From NCBI GenBank assembly GCA_965226795.1, contig CBDDDZ010000004.1:480001-544000 (forward strand): a stretch of DNA of 64,000 nt. The letters are read 5' to 3'. Source of the DNA: Candidatus Latescibacterota bacterium (lineage in GTDB: Bacteria; Latescibacterota; UBA2968; GCA-2709665). Both the position numbers and the translations under genes were made by a program. Of this stretch, positions 19,976 to 30,947 are shown in pieces (the stretch's first letter is position 1; each line of letters opens with the position of its first letter). The notes beneath the pieces were generated by a model. It was given only the letters and a program-made list of their open reading frames with translations. It did no database searches and had not been told where the DNA came from.

Positions 19976-20410
19976 TCACGAACGCGAGTACCGCGACCGG
20001 ATGCAGGCGTCCACGCCGTATTTTCCCGAGCCGACCAGCAGAAACATCACCGCGATGGCCAGGTACAGAAGCGCCATCTCCTTTATGCCGAACGGATCAG
20101 CCGCGTGTACACCGAATGCGGCGACCATCATGGTAAATCCCATAAGGAACGTGCCTGGACGCGTCAGCAGTCCCAGCGCCAGCAACAGCCCGCCGCCAAA
20201 CTCCCCGAAGGCAGCCGCCCACGCAAAAAACTCGGGTAGCGGAAACCCCAGCTTTGCCGTGCCGGCCACGAGCCCGGCGGAAGGCGGGATCTTCCCGATC
20301 CCGTGTCCGAATGCTATACTCAGCCCGGAAATTACCCTCAGGATCGCCAACCCGATGTTGGCGTGTTCCGATTCGATTTTCGCTCCACCGAAAAGAAGTT
20401 CCCTGTTCAT
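19976..20410 (-). CDS. DoxX family membrane protein
   Basis: GLAILRV..HGIGK..EFGGGLLLALGLLTR..GSGKYGVD. Confidence 0.9.
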   Translation of the reverse strand: MNRELLFGGAKIESEHANIGLAILRVISGLSIAFGHGIGKIPPSAGLVAGTAKLGFPLPEFFAWAAAFGEFGGGLLLALGLLTRPGTFLMGFTMMVAAFGVHAADPFGIKEMALLYLAIAVMFLLVGSGKYGVDACIRSRYSRS

Positions 20411-20586
20411 ACACCGTCTCCCTCTTGTGGAATGAATTAATGCATTAGTGAATCAATTCTCAGCCTTGGACGATAGACAGGACGATCATTACGGGTACTC
20501 GCTGATCCTCGAAATCGGCAGCATGGCCTCGACGTAGCGACAATTGCATCTGAAACGCTAAACCGTACGGGCGCTAAAGTAGCCTT

Positions 20587-21334
20587 CTACTCGACGAGCG
20601 GATGAAAGTCGTCGCTCGTCATCGGTTCGTGCTCATTCCAACGCCCACTCATCTCGATCAGAACCCGCTGCTTCGACGGCGCAGGTAGCGGATTTACGCG
20701 TACCACCTTGGCGCGATAATCTCCAGACGACTCAGCCATCGCCTTTACCAGGTCCTCGACGAGATAGCGCGGCGCCCATCCGATCATATGGTAATCACGG
20801 GTTTGAAGTTGAACGGCGAAACCGGTGGCTGGATTGGTCAATTCGAGGGTCACGTAAAGCTGCTCGTCAGCTTCAAGGCGGTCGATCTGCTTCTGCGCTG
20901 ATTCATTGACGTGCCGCCAGCCGTGCAGAAAGAACCGGCAGACAAAACTTCCGTCTTCGTCTTCTTCGAGTTTTGGAAAGACCTCGTAGGCATCTGTCAC
21001 CCTGGAACCGCCGCTTGCCGACAGAATCTCAATGGGATCGGCGCTTTCACGCAGGTCGAGATAACTGAGATAATCGGCAAAGTCCGGTCTCGCCCGGTTG
21101 ATGACCCGGTTCTGGAAGAGCGGAAAGAGTCTCGGCGAATCGTACCGTATCTTCCAGGTTCGGAAACTCGAGAAGCTCCGAAAATCCTGCCTCTGCCTGT
21201 GCTCGTTTCGCCCCTTTGATGTAACGGAAACGATACAACGGACAATTGATATCAGCATCCAGTCGGCCGACCGGGAACCATTGCCCGCTCATCCCCTTGT
21301 CCTGCCACGATAGAAAAAGGATTCTCTTATTCAT
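20587..21334 (-). pseudogene. HIRAN-domain protein of the HipA-associated type, frameshifted near 21145
   Basis: MNKRILFLSWQD..WFPVGRL joins YDSPRLFPLFQNRV..FFLHGWRH..IGWAPRYL across a 1-bp indel. Confidence 0.75.
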
Positions 21335-21763
21335 CTGTTTCAGTCCCGACTTCCGTTCCCGATCATACGATTGATGTAATCGAGATAGACGCGACTAAAC
21401 CCGTCCTCAATCTTCGAAACAAAATCCGCCTCGGCTTGCGTCGTCAATCGTGTTGCTCTTTGCACCCCATAAGGTTAACTTACGCTTAACACAATCTCGG
21501 CCGATGTGGCCCGGAATCGGCATATTCAACCTCGCTTGAGACCCCATTCAACCTTCCGAACATAATACCGAAAGCCAGCACCGCGAACGATTAGGATCGG
21601 TGTCGTGAGTTGCCTTCAAGTATCCTGATTGCTACTCTACAACCCGCCCGTTCCAAGTATAGTCTATTGCACGTTGAAAAGCAAGATCGGTCCAATCCCA
21701 TGCTCTTGTTGGGCACGGGCGGCCACTATTTGGCTATAGTCAGCAATGAAAGGAGAAAAGCGC

Positions 21764-22924
21764 ATGAAAATAACGGACGTGAAGGTCCTGCCGATCGATC
21801 GGTATCTCTTTGTCCAGGTTCTTACGGATGAGGGGATCGTGGGGCTGGGTGAATCGGGCGCATGGGGATACCTGGAGGCGTCGGGAGAGGTGGTCAAGAG
21901 CTTCAGGGAATACCTGATCGGCAAGGACCCCCTGCGAATCGAACACCACTGGCAGGTTCTGTACCGGTGCACACATTTTCGTGGTGCGGCGATAATGGGA
22001 GCGTTGAGCGCAATTGATATCGCTCTCTGGGATATCGCGGGCAAGTTTTTCGACGTGCCCGTCTACCAGCTTCTGGGTGGCAAATGCCGGGACAAAGCCC
22101 GTGTCTACGGGCACGTGATCGGCCGTACCAAAGAGGAACTTCTGAGAGGCTGCGTTCAGGCCAAGGCGGAGGGGTATACGGCCGTGGGACACCTGACGCC
22201 ATTTCTGGATGAGTCGCGAAACGTCCCGTATTTCAAAACCCACGTGGACAAGATTCAGGATGCCATTCAGACGGTGGCGGCCTACCGCGAGGCGGTCGGC
22301 GACGATGTGGATCTGTGTATCGAGATACACCGTCGGCTGGACCCGGCCGAGGCGATTGTGCTGGGCAGGGGCATTGAACCCTACCGCCCCTATTTTTTCG
22401 AGGATCCGATCCGTCCCGACAATCTTGACGCCATGGCCGAAGTCGCGCAGAAGATCGCGGTTCCGATTGCGACCGGGGAACGCATCCACACGATCTACGA
22501 ATTTGAAATGCTCCTGACGCGGAACGCGGTACAGTACGTGAGGCCGGATGTCTGTATGGCTGGCGGAATCACCCATTGCAAAAAGATCGCGGCGCTCGCC
22601 GAGGCGCACTACGTGGGGGTGGTGCCCCACAACCCGCTCAGTCCGGTGAGTACGGCCGCCTGCGTTCAACTCGCGGCTTGCATTCCCAATTTCGCACTGC
22701 AGGAGTACCCCAGGGGTGAAGGCGATCCGCCCAAGAGCGAAATCGTGTCCGGGGTTCTCACGCTTGAGGACGGATTTCTGATCATCCCGGATGCGCCCGG
22801 TATCGGCGTGGAACTCGTGGAAGACGCAATGGAGAGGTACCCATTTCTCTCGCACCGGCCCCTGCTGGACGAAGGAATGATGGTCACGAGACTACACGTG
22901 GACGGATCGGTTGTGGATCAGTAG
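21764..22924 (+). CDS. Mandelate racemase/enolase superfamily acid-sugar dehydratase (galactonate dehydratase-like)
   Basis: SAIDIALWDIAGK, EIH, FFEDP, TGER, PHNP, QEY; AAGGAG RBS. Confidence 0.9.
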   Translation: MKITDVKVLPIDRYLFVQVLTDEGIVGLGESGAWGYLEASGEVVKSFREYLIGKDPLRIEHHWQVLYRCTHFRGAAIMGALSAIDIALWDIAGKFFDVPVYQLLGGKCRDKARVYGHVIGRTKEELLRGCVQAKAEGYTAVGHLTPFLDESRNVPYFKTHVDKIQDAIQTVAAYREAVGDDVDLCIEIHRRLDPAEAIVLGRGIEPYRPYFFEDPIRPDNLDAMAEVAQKIAVPIATGERIHTIYEFEMLLTRNAVQYVRPDVCMAGGITHCKKIAALAEAHYVGVVPHNPLSPVSTAACVQLAACIPNFALQEYPRGEGDPPKSEIVSGVLTLEDGFLIIPDAPGIGVELVEDAMERYPFLSHRPLLDEGMMVTRLHVDGSVVDQ

Positions 22925-23004
22925 AAAACATAACACCGGCCAATCGACAAACGGGTTGATCTCCGTCCCAAACGCTTGATTTCTGTACCACAGGAGGACT
23001 CGGT

Positions 23005-23799
23005 ATGCCTGCGCATATCAGTGACGAACAGTGGGCGCGGTTCGAGAAAGAAGGGTATCTTCGCCTCGGGAAGGTGATGGACGATGACGAACTGGCGGGC
23101 CTGCAGCAGCGCATCGACGACATCATGCTGGGCAACGTGAAAGTGTACGATCAGATGTACATGCAACTGGACAGCGAGACTGGCGACTACTCGGAGAAGC
23201 GGATCACAACGAAAGGGCACCAGGTCTCAACGTTGAACTATCGAAAGATCCAGGACCTGGAGTTCGATCCGCTGTTCCTGTCCTACATGCAGAAACCCCT
23301 GTTTCGTGAGATCTGCGCGAGGGCGTACGGTCCCGAGACGCCGATTTCGTGCTACCGCGCGATGTTTATCAACAAACCGGCCGGGAAGGGTACATACCTC
23401 CCCTGGCACCAGGACCGGTTCGGCCTCCTCAACACGGATCCAATCGCGACCTTGTGGACGGCGCTGGACCGGGTGTCGGTTGAAAACGGCTGCGTCGGGA
23501 TCGTACCCGGATCCCACCGTGGCACCTTCGAGCAGGACGATTCGGCCGGCTTCGCCTTTCTGACCGACGAGCAGGCCACCGCCGTCCTGGCCGGAGAAGC
23601 GCATGAATACCTGGAAATGGAGGCAGGGGAAACGGCCCTGTTGCACAACTGGCTGCTCCACGGATCGGGCGTGAACAAGACCAACACCTCCCGCCGCGCG
23701 TTCAGCGTTTGTTACATGGACGCCGCCACAAGATCCGACCGGGGGAACGCCTACTCCGTCATTTTCGGAGAGGGCGCCATGAGTCCCGCGAGTTTATAA
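23005..23799 (+). CDS. Phytanoyl-CoA dioxygenase (PhyH) family Fe/2OG dioxygenase
   Basis: WHQD, ENGC..VPGSH, LLHGSG.N...RR. Confidence 0.9.
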   Translation: MPAHISDEQWARFEKEGYLRLGKVMDDDELAGLQQRIDDIMLGNVKVYDQMYMQLDSETGDYSEKRITTKGHQVSTLNYRKIQDLEFDPLFLSYMQKPLFREICARAYGPETPISCYRAMFINKPAGKGTYLPWHQDRFGLLNTDPIATLWTALDRVSVENGCVGIVPGSHRGTFEQDDSAGFAFLTDEQATAVLAGEAHEYLEMEAGETALLHNWLLHGSGVNKTNTSRRAFSVCYMDAATRSDRGNAYSVIFGEGAMSPASL

Positions 23800-23838
23800 A
23801 TCGTAACGCCAATTCTTCTTCCGTAGAGGATTTCACCA

Positions 23839-25854
23839 TTGGATACCGCAGCGGCGAGAGAGCGGAAACCTCCGGCTCCGGCGCCTGGCAATGAGACTGC
23901 CGCGCGGGACGGTCTGACGCCCCGTGCGTTCGGAATCGGCCTCGTCCTGTGCGGTCTGATGTGCCTGGGCCTGACCTACAATCGGATGATCACCCAGGGT
24001 TCCTTTCTGGGCGGCGCGTATTACATGGACCGGGGCGCGCTGTTCGTGTTGTTCCTCCTGGTCGTGGTCGCAAATCCGTTGCTGGGCGTGATCAAGAAAC
24101 GGTTTGTCCTCACGCGCGGCGAACTACTTGCCATTTACACCATGTTTCTCATTCTCCTGCCCGCCTGGGTGATGACCAAGCCGGTGATTCTCTATACGAC
24201 CGGCACGATCTACCACGCGACGCCTGAGTTGCGTCATATCGAGGCCGTGCCTCCTCACCTGCTCCCGTGGCTGGTGCCGCAGGGGGAAGGGACCGTCAGG
24301 GATCTCTACGAAGGCCTGCCGAAGGGAGGTTCGATTCCGTGGCTGGGTTGGGTTCTTCCGCTGTGGAGCTGGGGCTCGTTCCTGATCGTACTCTTCGTCG
24401 TACTGATTTGCATCGGCGTGCTGATGCGGAGGCAGTGGGAGGAGCACGAGCGGTTTGCGTTCCCCCTGATGCAGGTCCCGCTTGCGATGCTGGAGCCCGG
24501 AAAGGGCCGGATTGCGCCTGTGTTCCGCAGCCGGTTGCTGGCCGCCGGGTTCGGGATTCCGTCTCTGGTCGGCATGCTCCGGGGGCTGCGGTATTACTTT
24601 CCCAATATTCCAATTATCAACCTGGGAACACACGTTCGGATCTTCCGGCGCACGATGGTTCTGCCCTTCAAAATCCATTTCCTCGTCCTCGGGTATTCCT
24701 ATTTCATCAATTTGGACGTGAGTTTCAGCCTGTGGGTCATCAACCTGATTACCAAGATTGTACGGGGAGCGCTGGCGATGGTTGGCGCGGGACAGACCTG
24801 GGGGGTGTCGGGGGTCGTGGGACGTTACAGTTCTCAGGGGTCCGAATTCCTGGCGATGATGGGGATGGGGTATATTCTCGCGCTGGCCGCGTACAGCCTT
24901 TACGTGGCCAGGGGCCACCTGCGGCAGGTGTGGGCAAAGATCCGCGGCAGGGCGTCGCACCTGAAGGACTCGGATGAGATCATCCCCTACCGGTCGGCCG
25001 TGCTGGGTATTGTTCTGGGCGTGAGTTACCTTGGATTGTGGCTCTACCAGTCCGGGATTTCGCCGCCGCTGGTTTTGTTTCTGCTTATTACCAGTCTCAT
25101 TGTCTTTTTCGTGATGGCCCGGATTGTGAGTGAGACGGGTTTTGTTGCGACGTATTCACCCATCAATCCGTCTGAGTTCGTGGTGTGCGCGGTGGGATCC
25201 TCGGCGTTCAGTCCGGCGGGCCTGGCGACCCTGGGAATCAGTTACGTTTGGACGATGACGCGCAGAAACACACTGATGCCGCACGCTCTGGGCGCCCTGC
25301 GGCTGGCGCGTGAAATCGGAAGGAAGCGGGGGTTGGTCTGGGCGATGGGGGCGGCACTGGCCCTGGGGCTGGTCGCCACGGGCTACACGACGTTGAATCT
25401 GGGGTATACGCACGGCGGCGTGAACATCGACTACCCATGGTTCACCAACGTCAACGACGCCGCGTCTCCATTCGACGAGTTTATCGGACGGCGCCTTCTC
25501 GAACCCAGCCCCGTCTTCAAAATGGGTTTTCTCTATACGGCGTTGGGCACCGCGGTTGCCGCCGTCCTGATCCTGCTTCGGATGCGCCTGCCATGGTGGC
25601 CGTTTCATCCCGCCGCGCTTCCGCTAAGTACGGTTTGGTATATGGACTGGTTCGGATTCAGCGTTTTTCTGGCGTGGGGAATCAAGGCGCTCATTCTGCG
25701 GATTGGCGGGGCGGACCTCTACAGAAAAGCGCGTCCGTTCTTTATCGGGATGATTCTGGGAGAGGTCGTATGCTCGGGGGGATGGTCGGTGGCGAGCGCC
25801 TTTACAGGACGGCTCAAGACCTGGCCCTTTATGGGCTACTGGAGTTCATCGTGA
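23839..25854 (+). CDS. OPT-like multi-pass transporter (DUF6785/DUF6784), paralogue 1
   Basis: Many TM segments; GLTPRA, RRQWEEHERFAFP, NLDVSFSLW, RIVSETG, WWPFHP, RPFFIGMILGE. Confidence 0.8.
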   Translation: MDTAAARERKPPAPAPGNETAARDGLTPRAFGIGLVLCGLMCLGLTYNRMITQGSFLGGAYYMDRGALFVLFLLVVVANPLLGVIKKRFVLTRGELLAIYTMFLILLPAWVMTKPVILYTTGTIYHATPELRHIEAVPPHLLPWLVPQGEGTVRDLYEGLPKGGSIPWLGWVLPLWSWGSFLIVLFVVLICIGVLMRRQWEEHERFAFPLMQVPLAMLEPGKGRIAPVFRSRLLAAGFGIPSLVGMLRGLRYYFPNIPIINLGTHVRIFRRTMVLPFKIHFLVLGYSYFINLDVSFSLWVINLITKIVRGALAMVGAGQTWGVSGVVGRYSSQGSEFLAMMGMGYILALAAYSLYVARGHLRQVWAKIRGRASHLKDSDEIIPYRSAVLGIVLGVSYLGLWLYQSGISPPLVLFLLITSLIVFFVMARIVSETGFVATYSPINPSEFVVCAVGSSAFSPAGLATLGISYVWTMTRRNTLMPHALGALRLAREIGRKRGLVWAMGAALALGLVATGYTTLNLGYTHGGVNIDYPWFTNVNDAASPFDEFIGRRLLEPSPVFKMGFLYTALGTAVAAVLILLRMRLPWWPFHPAALPLSTVWYMDWFGFSVFLAWGIKALILRIGGADLYRKARPFFIGMILGEVVCSGGWSVASAFTGRLKTWPFMGYWSSS

Positions 25855-25935
25855 GTCACCCATGGGATGGACGCTGAATAGGTACGTCACGGGTCGATGG
25901 TTTATCATCAAGGTCTACAGTAGAGGGAGAACGTA

Positions 25936-27957
25936 ATGCCAGACCAGAACCGGACGCTCCGCCGGTCGGCACTGCTGCTTTTTCCGGATGCCGTGCTGAA
26001 CGAGGCCACGCTCGACCAGATTGTAATTGAAGGGTTTACCGACGTCGGCGCGGGCGTTGCGGTCACGCCAGCGATAAAACAACAGGGCTTTTCGCTGGAA
26101 CAGTCGGAGAGGCTTGCCCGGATGTGCGAGGAGCGCGGCCTGGGCATGATTGCCTTTACCGGATACATGAAGTATAACGAACACCTGGTGGCGGAAGAAC
26201 CCCACCGTCTGATGCAAATGGTCGGCGATGGCGAAGTGTTGGATCTGGACGGATTGCGGATCCGGTGGATGTGTCCTTTTCGCCCCGAGAACAAAACCCA
26301 CTACCTGTCCCTGCTGATGGAGATTTGCAAGTGGCGGGCGATTCGGGAAATCCACCTCAACGACGAAGCGTGTCTTGGATTCGGAGACGGAACAATCGGC
26401 TGTTACTGCGAGTTCTGCCAGGCTGAATTCCACAAACGGAACGGCGTCAACCCTCCACGGACTGCGAATTGGGAAGACCCTCTGTGGTATGCATGGCTGG
26501 AAGCCCGTTTTGACAATTGGGAGGCGGTGCACTCCGAATTTCGACAAGTAATCAAAGAGGTCAGGCCCGACGTGGCCGTGGGCATCCAGCACAGTCCGGC
26601 CATTCCCGAGCGCAATTACAATGCCTGGCAGACGGCCATCCGTCTCGCCCGCGACGCGCGTTCACAGGATGTTATCGCCACGGATCCCTATCATTTCAAT
26701 CACGACGACCTCATCCTGCACCGGCCTCACCGCAGGATCCTTTCGGAGACGACGAGAAGCCTGATGGGCGCGTGCATGGATCGGCAGGTGGATATCTATC
26801 CGCAGGGCTTCATGCCGCCAGCCCAGGCGGTGCCAATGGGCAGGCAGGACGGTCTGCTTGCCGGCGTGGTGCCGTTTGCGCTCGGAGCAGACCTGGTGAT
26901 GCCGTTTACGTACGAGCAGATGAAGATCATCCCGGGGTTTTTCGAGGCGTTCGATGAGTCCCGGCGACTCCTTCCGATGTTCGCGTCCCACCGACCTTAC
27001 AGCTTCGCCACGATGATGATGCCCCAGCAGTCCGAGATCACCGGCCACTACGATTCGAACTGGGGGCATCAAGGGTTAATCCGGATGGTCGACATGGTCT
27101 ACCGGACCGGCCTGCCGTGGCGTTGGTTCTGGGATCAGCGCCTGGACGACGTGGGCGGTCAGCTGAGGGGACCGGTGATCCTGCCCGAGGTGCATTGCCT
27201 CACGCAATCCCAACTCGATTGTGTCAACGCGGTTGCCGAACGCGGAGAAGGTCTCCTCTGGATCGGCAACAGGCCGGCCACCCCGTGGGCAGGTAGCGGT
27301 CCATGCAAGCTGCCTTGCGCGATCGACTCGGGGGTCTTTGAACTCGATCTCCTGGACAATCATCCGCTGACAAAGGGCCTGGAGCACCCTGTGATCCTCA
27401 GCACCCGCGTGAATGGTCCGTGTCCGGACGGACAGGTGTTGGGGACGGTGGATGGCCGGCCGGCACTCGTGCTGGTGGAGGATGGGGAGCGGCGGGAGGC
27501 CTGGATGGCGGGCATGCCGGCTGTAAACTACACGGGGACCGTACCCGGCAAGTCTTCGATCGAGGAGACGTCCAACGTGGAACTGCTGCGCAGGCTGATC
27601 CTCTGGATCGCGGGACGCAGGCCGTTGGCGCGGCTGAATCCCTTCCCGCCCGTGGACGACTACCGGTCGTTGCGTCCGAGCGACCGCCGGGCCGTGCCCA
27701 CCATTGAGATGCTGCCGATGGTGAGAGGCGGCGATTCCCTGTTGGCAATCGTCTTCCCATATACGCCGGTGAGATGTCAGACTGCGCTGGAGATCAGCCC
27801 GCCCGAAGGGAAGATCGTGCACGACATTGACGAGATCTGGTCAGGGAACAACTGGAATGACCGCGTCGTATCGGCGAAAGAGGGCGCGATACGCATACCG
27901 CTCGATGTTCCGGGCGATTGCGACCTCCTGGCTATTCACATACGGATGGAAGGTTAA
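25936..27957 (+). CDS. GH42-fold protein, paralogue of 17818-19920
   Basis: FTGYMKY, WMCPF, IHLNDEA, CYCEFCQ, ATDPY, LRPSDRRAVPTIE. Confidence 0.75.
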   Translation: MPDQNRTLRRSALLLFPDAVLNEATLDQIVIEGFTDVGAGVAVTPAIKQQGFSLEQSERLARMCEERGLGMIAFTGYMKYNEHLVAEEPHRLMQMVGDGEVLDLDGLRIRWMCPFRPENKTHYLSLLMEICKWRAIREIHLNDEACLGFGDGTIGCYCEFCQAEFHKRNGVNPPRTANWEDPLWYAWLEARFDNWEAVHSEFRQVIKEVRPDVAVGIQHSPAIPERNYNAWQTAIRLARDARSQDVIATDPYHFNHDDLILHRPHRRILSETTRSLMGACMDRQVDIYPQGFMPPAQAVPMGRQDGLLAGVVPFALGADLVMPFTYEQMKIIPGFFEAFDESRRLLPMFASHRPYSFATMMMPQQSEITGHYDSNWGHQGLIRMVDMVYRTGLPWRWFWDQRLDDVGGQLRGPVILPEVHCLTQSQLDCVNAVAERGEGLLWIGNRPATPWAGSGPCKLPCAIDSGVFELDLLDNHPLTKGLEHPVILSTRVNGPCPDGQVLGTVDGRPALVLVEDGERREAWMAGMPAVNYTGTVPGKSSIEETSNVELLRRLILWIAGRRPLARLNPFPPVDDYRSLRPSDRRAVPTIEMLPMVRGGDSLLAIVFPYTPVRCQTALEISPPEGKIVHDIDEIWSGNNWNDRVVSAKEGAIRIPLDVPGDCDLLAIHIRMEG

Positions 27958-27992
27958 ACGCTTCCACCGGACCATCTGGAGGCACAGGCCCA

Positions 27993-29972
27993 ATGGAGCC
28001 GAGAGCCCGGCCTGTGATGCAAGAAAACCGGGTATCCAATCCAGCGGCCGGCGATGGACTGTCGCTTCGCGCGTTGCTGATCGGGCTTGGTCTGTGCGCC
28101 CTTCTGGGTGTCTGGCTGACCTACAACCGGATGGTGGTCCAGGGTCCCTTTATGGGCTGGTATTTTCTGGACCGGGGCGTGCTGTTCCTCTTCTTCTGTC
28201 TGGTGGTGCTGCTGAACCCGTTGCTTGGCCTGCTGAAACGCCGTTACGCCCTGGGCCGGGGCGAGTTGCTGGCCATTTATGCCATGTTGCTGCTCCTGAT
28301 GCCGGCATGGTCGATGAGCAAGGCCTTGCTTGGGTTCATGACCGGCGTGACTTACTACGCCTCCCCTGAGATGCGTCACCTGGAGGCGGTGCTGCCCTAT
28401 TCGCTACCGTGGCTTTCGATCCTGGACGTCGAGCCGGTCAGGGGGCTGTACGAAGGATTGCCGAAGGGCGGTTCCGTCCCCTGGTGGGCGTGGGTGGTTC
28501 CCCTGTGGAGTTGGGGATCTTTCCTGGTCGCGCTATTTGTGGTTCTGGGTTGCCTGGCGGTGGTCTTGCGGAAGCAGTGGGAGGAGCATGAGCGTTTCGC
28601 CTTCCCGATCATGCAGGTACCCATGGCGATGGGCGAACGCGGAGAAGGTGTGATAGGACCGCTGTTCCGCAGCCGGATGATGTGGTCGGGATTCGCGATT
28701 CCGTTCGCCATCGGTTCGATGAATGCGCTTCACAGCCGTTTCCACACCCTGCCCAGGATGAGCCTGCGGTCGGTGATCTGGATCTTCAGGCGCGCGATAC
28801 CTCTGTCAATACGCCTTAACTTCGCCCTCCTGGGCTATGCCTATTTCGTGAACCTGGACGTGAGTCTCAGCATCTGGCTCCTGAATGTAATTTCGAAATG
28901 TATAAACGGCGTGATGGCAATGCTGGGTGCGGATCGATACGGCGTGTCGGGGATGGTGGGACGGCACAGCTCCCAGGGGTCGGAATTCCTGGCGTTTATG
29001 GGCATGGGGTATATGCTGGCGCTGGCCGGCTACAGCCTGTGGATTGCCCGGGACCATTTGAAGGACGTTTGGGCGAAGGCTTTGGGCCGCCCGTCCGACC
29101 TGGACGACTCGGAGGAAGTGATACCCTATCGTACGGCGGTGGCCTGTGTGTTGACGGGGACGCTGTATCTGGGATGCTGGCTCTACCAGGCGGGGCTGTC
29201 ACCGCCTGTAATCGCATTCCTGTTCATCGCCTGCTTTGTTGTCTTTCTCGTCCTTGCGCGGATCGTGAGCGAAACCGGCTATGCCGCGACCTATTCTCCG
29301 CTGAATCCATCCGAGTTTGTGGTTTGCGCGGTCGGTTCTTCAGCGTTCGGTCCCACGGGTCTGGTAACCGTAGGGATGAGTTACGTCTGGACGATGACCC
29401 GGTTGAATACCATCATGCCCCGTGCCTCGGCGGCGCTCAGGTTGGCTCGGGAAATGGGAAGGACGCAGGGATTGATCTGGGCGATGGGCGCGGCCCTTGC
29501 GGTGGGCCTGGTGGTCGCAAGCCATACGACCCTGGAACTGGGGTACGCGCACGGAGGGCGGAATCTCGACTATTGGTTGGGGGACGTAAACGACGCCGCC
29601 CTTCCGTTTGACGAATACGTGGGACGCCGCCTGTTGGATCCGAGCCCGGTCTTCTATCGAGGGTTTGTATACACGGGATTCGGCGTGGGCATCGCCGCGC
29701 TTCTGATGGTGCTGCGAACACGGCTGCCCTGGTGGCCCCTGCACCCCGTGGCCCTGCCGGTGAGCACGATCTGGATGACGGAGCACTATTATTTCAGCGT
29801 CTTTCTGGCATGGGGAATCAAGGCGCTGGTGATGAAGTTCGGCGGAGCGACTCTGTACAGGAGAACCAGGCCGTTCTTCATCGGGATCATCCTGGGAGAG
29901 GCGGTCTGCCTGGGGACGTGGAGCCTGATCGACTTTGCCACCGGAAAGGTGGGAAACATGTCCCTGCTGTAA
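27993..29972 (+). CDS. OPT-like multi-pass transporter (DUF6785/DUF6784), paralogue 2
   Basis: Same motifs as paralogue 1; GGAGG upstream of ATG 27993. Confidence 0.8.
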   Translation: MEPRARPVMQENRVSNPAAGDGLSLRALLIGLGLCALLGVWLTYNRMVVQGPFMGWYFLDRGVLFLFFCLVVLLNPLLGLLKRRYALGRGELLAIYAMLLLLMPAWSMSKALLGFMTGVTYYASPEMRHLEAVLPYSLPWLSILDVEPVRGLYEGLPKGGSVPWWAWVVPLWSWGSFLVALFVVLGCLAVVLRKQWEEHERFAFPIMQVPMAMGERGEGVIGPLFRSRMMWSGFAIPFAIGSMNALHSRFHTLPRMSLRSVIWIFRRAIPLSIRLNFALLGYAYFVNLDVSLSIWLLNVISKCINGVMAMLGADRYGVSGMVGRHSSQGSEFLAFMGMGYMLALAGYSLWIARDHLKDVWAKALGRPSDLDDSEEVIPYRTAVACVLTGTLYLGCWLYQAGLSPPVIAFLFIACFVVFLVLARIVSETGYAATYSPLNPSEFVVCAVGSSAFGPTGLVTVGMSYVWTMTRLNTIMPRASAALRLAREMGRTQGLIWAMGAALAVGLVVASHTTLELGYAHGGRNLDYWLGDVNDAALPFDEYVGRRLLDPSPVFYRGFVYTGFGVGIAALLMVLRTRLPWWPLHPVALPVSTIWMTEHYYFSVFLAWGIKALVMKFGGATLYRRTRPFFIGIILGEAVCLGTWSLIDFATGKVGNMSLL

Positions 29973-30029
29973 TGAACGACAACCTGCCTGTCAATCAACG
30001 GATCACTTCATTCAAAAGGAGTCCTAATC

Positions 30030-30947
30030 ATGCTGACTCAGGAACAGATCGACTTCTACCGGGCCAACGGCTATCTGGGACTTGAGAACGTTCTCTCACA
30101 AGCGGAGGTCGGAGAACTTCGCCGGGTCACGGACGCGTTCGTTGACGCGTCTCGACAGGTCACCAGAACCGACCACGTATTCGACCTGGAACCAAGCCAT
30201 ACGCCTGAAAACCCGCAGTTGCGCCGTCTCATCGACCCGTCCAGGCAGCACGACGTGTACGCCCGCGGCCTGCGCCACGAAAAGATCCTCGACATCACCG
30301 CACAGCTCATCGGTCGCGGCATCCGGACAAACGGGGATAAGCTCAACATGAAATCCGCGGAGGTGGGCAGCCCGGTGGAATGGCATCAGGACTGGGCGTT
30401 CTACCCCCACACCAACGACGATCTTCTCGCCGTTGGCGTCGCGATAGACGACATGAACAGGGAAAACGGCTGCCTTCTGGTCATTCCTGGATCTCACCGG
30501 GGTCGCATCTACGACCACCACCTCAACGGCCGCTTTGCCGGCGCGGTCACAGAACCGGATTTCACTGGCGACGGCGCCGTACCGATCGAACTCAATGCCG
30601 GCGGCATCTCCATCCACCACGTCCGAATGTTGCATGGCTCAGCCCCGAATACGTCCGGCAAGCCTCGCCGTCTCCTCCTGTGTATGTATTGTGCCGTGGA
30701 TGCCTGGCCGCTGGTTCAGCCCATAAATAGCTGGGAGGATTTCAACGGCAAAATTCTCCGCGGTGAACCGACCCGCGAACCACGCCTGGTCGACGTTCCC
30801 GTCCGGGTACCGCTACCCCCTGCCGAGCGTCGTGGGTCCATTTATGAAATTCAGACCGTCCTCGAGTCGAGCAAGGTAACTCCCGGCGATGTCGGAACTC
30901 CGAGTAAAATCTCCTCGATTCTTTCAGGAGAAGACAAAGTTGCGTGA
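30030..30947 (+). CDS. PhyH family Fe/2OG dioxygenase
   Basis: MLTQEQIDFYRANGY, WHQDWAFYPHTN, IPGSH, LHGSAPN. Confidence 0.9.
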   Translation: MLTQEQIDFYRANGYLGLENVLSQAEVGELRRVTDAFVDASRQVTRTDHVFDLEPSHTPENPQLRRLIDPSRQHDVYARGLRHEKILDITAQLIGRGIRTNGDKLNMKSAEVGSPVEWHQDWAFYPHTNDDLLAVGVAIDDMNRENGCLLVIPGSHRGRIYDHHLNGRFAGAVTEPDFTGDGAVPIELNAGGISIHHVRMLHGSAPNTSGKPRRLLLCMYCAVDAWPLVQPINSWEDFNGKILRGEPTREPRLVDVPVRVPLPPAERRGSIYEIQTVLESSKVTPGDVGTPSKISSILSGEDKVA

